Origin: Pseudomonadota bacterium
GTDB taxonomy: Bacteria > Pseudomonadota > Alphaproteobacteria > UBA1280 > JAAZVW01
Length of the DNA stretch: 57,758 nucleotides
NCBI GenBank assembly: GCA_018623135.1
Contig: JAAZVW010000005.1
Coordinates: 1 to 57,758 of the forward strand
Direction of reading: 5' to 3'
Every line of letters starts with the position of its first letter. Positions within the stretch are counted from its first letter, which is position 1. The notes under the pieces were generated by a model, which ran no database searches, was not told the DNA's origin, and was given only the letters and a program-made list of their open reading frames with translations. Positions 56,078 to 57,758 of this stretch are shown in pieces. Made by a program: the position numbers and the translations under genes.

Positions 56078-57757
56078 TTAATCCCACTCACAGTTATAAA
56101 CAACATTTGTCCAAGTACCATTGTTACATGTTGCAGAACATGAACCCCAGCCAGAACATGTACCAGATGTGCCACCGTTAGGGGTTGCACTTAAGTTACA
56201 AGTGTCTTGATTTTGGGAGCTAACAAAGCTGGTATCATCGTGATAGGCGGCAGAGCAGCTTGTTAAGGGGCATGTTAGACCAATATCTGAGGCACTATCA
56301 AGTTCTTGTCGGTAGCATTCATTAAAGGCCATAAATACTTCACCATCATCATCATTATCATCTCGCCATTCTTTTGAGATTTTCCATTTTTTAGTAGATA
56401 TATCGCATTGAATATCACCCACTCTAGAAGCGCCGGTATAGCTGCCTCCGTTAAGAATAGCGCCTACACCACGAGAAGGTAGGCTACTAGATAAATAGTC
56501 ATAGTCAATTATAGTACCTGTCGAAGTTCCAATTTCTGCACCAATGCGTGTAGATGCAGAAACTGCAGGGCAAGACCCGTAAGGGGTGAAGTTTACATTT
56601 TTGTTGTTTATTATCCAGTTACCATCGTTACAGGTAAAAGTTTGGTTGGTTACATATGTTCCACTACTGTAATAATATGTGATACCATCTTGTGTACGTG
56701 TTCCAGGGCTTTGTGTGTATGATATGCCTGTTGCGCTACCTTGATGTGATGTGCCTGGTAAACTAGAAGCTATTAAAATATAAGTTTTTGAATCACCTTG
56801 GATTTTAAAGGCAGTGTGAGATGATTGCGATAGACAAGGGCTGTATGCATTAAAATCTGTTACTTCCCAGTCGCCAGCAGAGCATTCATATAGACAAGAA
56901 CCATATTGTGTTGTGTTATTTGTATCATTAAAAAATTCACATTCAATGTTACCAACTTGTCCACCGTTTCCTAGGGCTGAAATAGCTTCTTTATTTTTAT
57001 ACTCATAAACAGATGATGCAGCATAAATAGTTGAGTTTGTTGACAGAGCTCCACATCCTTGAGCGCATGAGTTGTTTCCGACGCTCCAAGATCCGCGTTG
57101 GCATTGGTAGTTACATGCGCCGGAGAAGCCAGTAGAGCAGGTGCCGCTTGTTTGGGCGTGGTAGCCGTAGCCTGCTGTTGATGAACCTGTTAGATCACAA
57201 TTATTTACGGTTGTTGATGGGCAGCGGTAGACATCTGCATTTGTGACAGAGAATTGACCTGTTGCTTCACAACGTACTGTAAGTTGACCGAGGTGCGTGC
57301 CGTCACGCATGGCTTCTACCGTTTGCGTTTGTCCAATAGCAGATTCTGGGATTGTTGCTTGCGTTACGTAAGTGCCTTGTCCGCTGTTGTATGAATAGCC
57401 AGAAGCTAGAGCAAAACATTTGTTTGGAGCAGGGCAGGCCTCATCAAAAGTAGAGCCTATCGCGCCGTTAAAGCAGGTTGATTTAGCGGTACAAGTACCG
57501 TATGTACCTGCGCAAGAAAGGTTTGCAGTATCATTATGTAAAACAGCGCCAGAGTTTGCAGAGCACTGCCCTAAAATACTACGAGAAACGGTTGTACAGT
57601 TTGCAGGAGGCGGGCATGAATTAGACACTTCTTGCCAGTTACCATCGCGGCAAATTTGTTCGTTAGAACAATCACCATATGTACCTGTACAGCTTAAAAT
57701 GCGTGTATCTGCATGGTTACCTGTACCTGTTGCGGCGGTACATTGGCCTGTGCTCAC
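56078..57757 (-). CDS. large Cys/Gly/Ser/Thr/Asn-rich repeat protein, C-terminal 559 aa (N-terminus beyond window)
   Basis: The frame is open to the window edge. Recurrent module G-x-C-x(2-6)-C-x2-G-x-W-x(6-14)-C. Very few Lys, Arg or Leu. Terminator downstream. Confidence 0.7.
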   Translation of the reverse strand: MSTGQCTAATGTGNHADTRILSCTGTYGDCSNEQICRDGNWQEVSNSCPPPANCTTVSRSILGQCSANSGAVLHNDTANLSCAGTYGTCTAKSTCFNGAIGSTFDEACPAPNKCFALASGYSYNSGQGTYVTQATIPESAIGQTQTVEAMRDGTHLGQLTVRCEATGQFSVTNADVYRCPSTTVNNCDLTGSSTAGYGYHAQTSGTCSTGFSGACNYQCQRGSWSVGNNSCAQGCGALSTNSTIYAASSVYEYKNKEAISALGNGGQVGNIECEFFNDTNNTTQYGSCLYECSAGDWEVTDFNAYSPCLSQSSHTAFKIQGDSKTYILIASSLPGTSHQGSATGISYTQSPGTRTQDGITYYYSSGTYVTNQTFTCNDGNWIINNKNVNFTPYGSCPAVSASTRIGAEIGTSTGTIIDYDYLSSSLPSRGVGAILNGGSYTGASRVGDIQCDISTKKWKISKEWRDDNDDDGEVFMAFNECYRQELDSASDIGLTCPLTSCSAAYHDDTSFVSSQNQDTCNLSATPNGGTSGTCSGWGSCSATCNNGTWTNVVYNCEWD

Positions 57758-57758
57758 T

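Noticed and set aside
56078-57757. Diversity-generating retroelement target, or phase-variable gene, as an explanation for the repetitive Cys-rich protein
   Set aside because: There is no reverse transcriptase ORF, no template-repeat copy of the 3' end in the flanking DNA, and no homopolymer or short tandem DNA repeats. The repeats are diverged at the nucleotide level.

Overview
This is a gene-dense, AT-rich bacterial chromosomal segment (roughly 40% G+C by eye, not computed), and almost all of it is core metabolism and housekeeping. I associate the gene order with Alphaproteobacteria. The supporting elements are mdh-sucC-sucD, def-fmt-truA, a long minus-strand block (nadD-rsfS-rlmH-gpmI-M23 peptidase-ctpA-YibQ-like deacetylase), a BatA_N/DUF4159 membrane pair, and a TIGR02302-like low-complexity membrane protein. 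This assignment comes from memory of synteny, not from a search. Recognisable genes: rlmN, ETF-ubiquinone oxidoreductase, an Asd/USG-1-like protein, a RimK-associated protease plus rimK, sdhA/sdhB plus a CCG-domain subunit, mdh, sucCD, a 1198-aa hybrid histidine kinase, truA, fmt, def, etfBA, hbd, a TlpA-like thioredoxin, arsC, recR, ctpA, gpmI, rlmH, rsfS, nadD, an ALDH7-like dehydrogenase, a class-I aminotransferase and nadE. I found no rRNA, tRNA, CRISPR array, transposase, integrase or prophage signature. Many genes end in clean GC-stem/T-run intrinsic terminators, several of them bidirectional. I see no compact multi-gene accessory island that looks like a defence or mobile system. The best candidates for something undescribed are: (1) a heme-less, type-E-like succinate dehydrogenase operon with an embedded lipoprotein gene and a histone-H1-like Lys/Ala tail on SdhB; (2) a 516-bp non-coding gap holding tandem perfect hairpins with C/U-rich (anti-Shine-Dalgarno-like) loops and a minus-strand terminator, a candidate sRNA; (3) a large, window-truncated Cys/Gly/Ser/Thr/Asn-rich repeat protein with a recurring C-x2-G-x-W-x(n)-C module; (4) two adjacent, distantly paralogous, very acidic orphan proteins; (5) a two-gene orphan operon. 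All functional calls rest on motif recognition by eye, and no homology search was possible.
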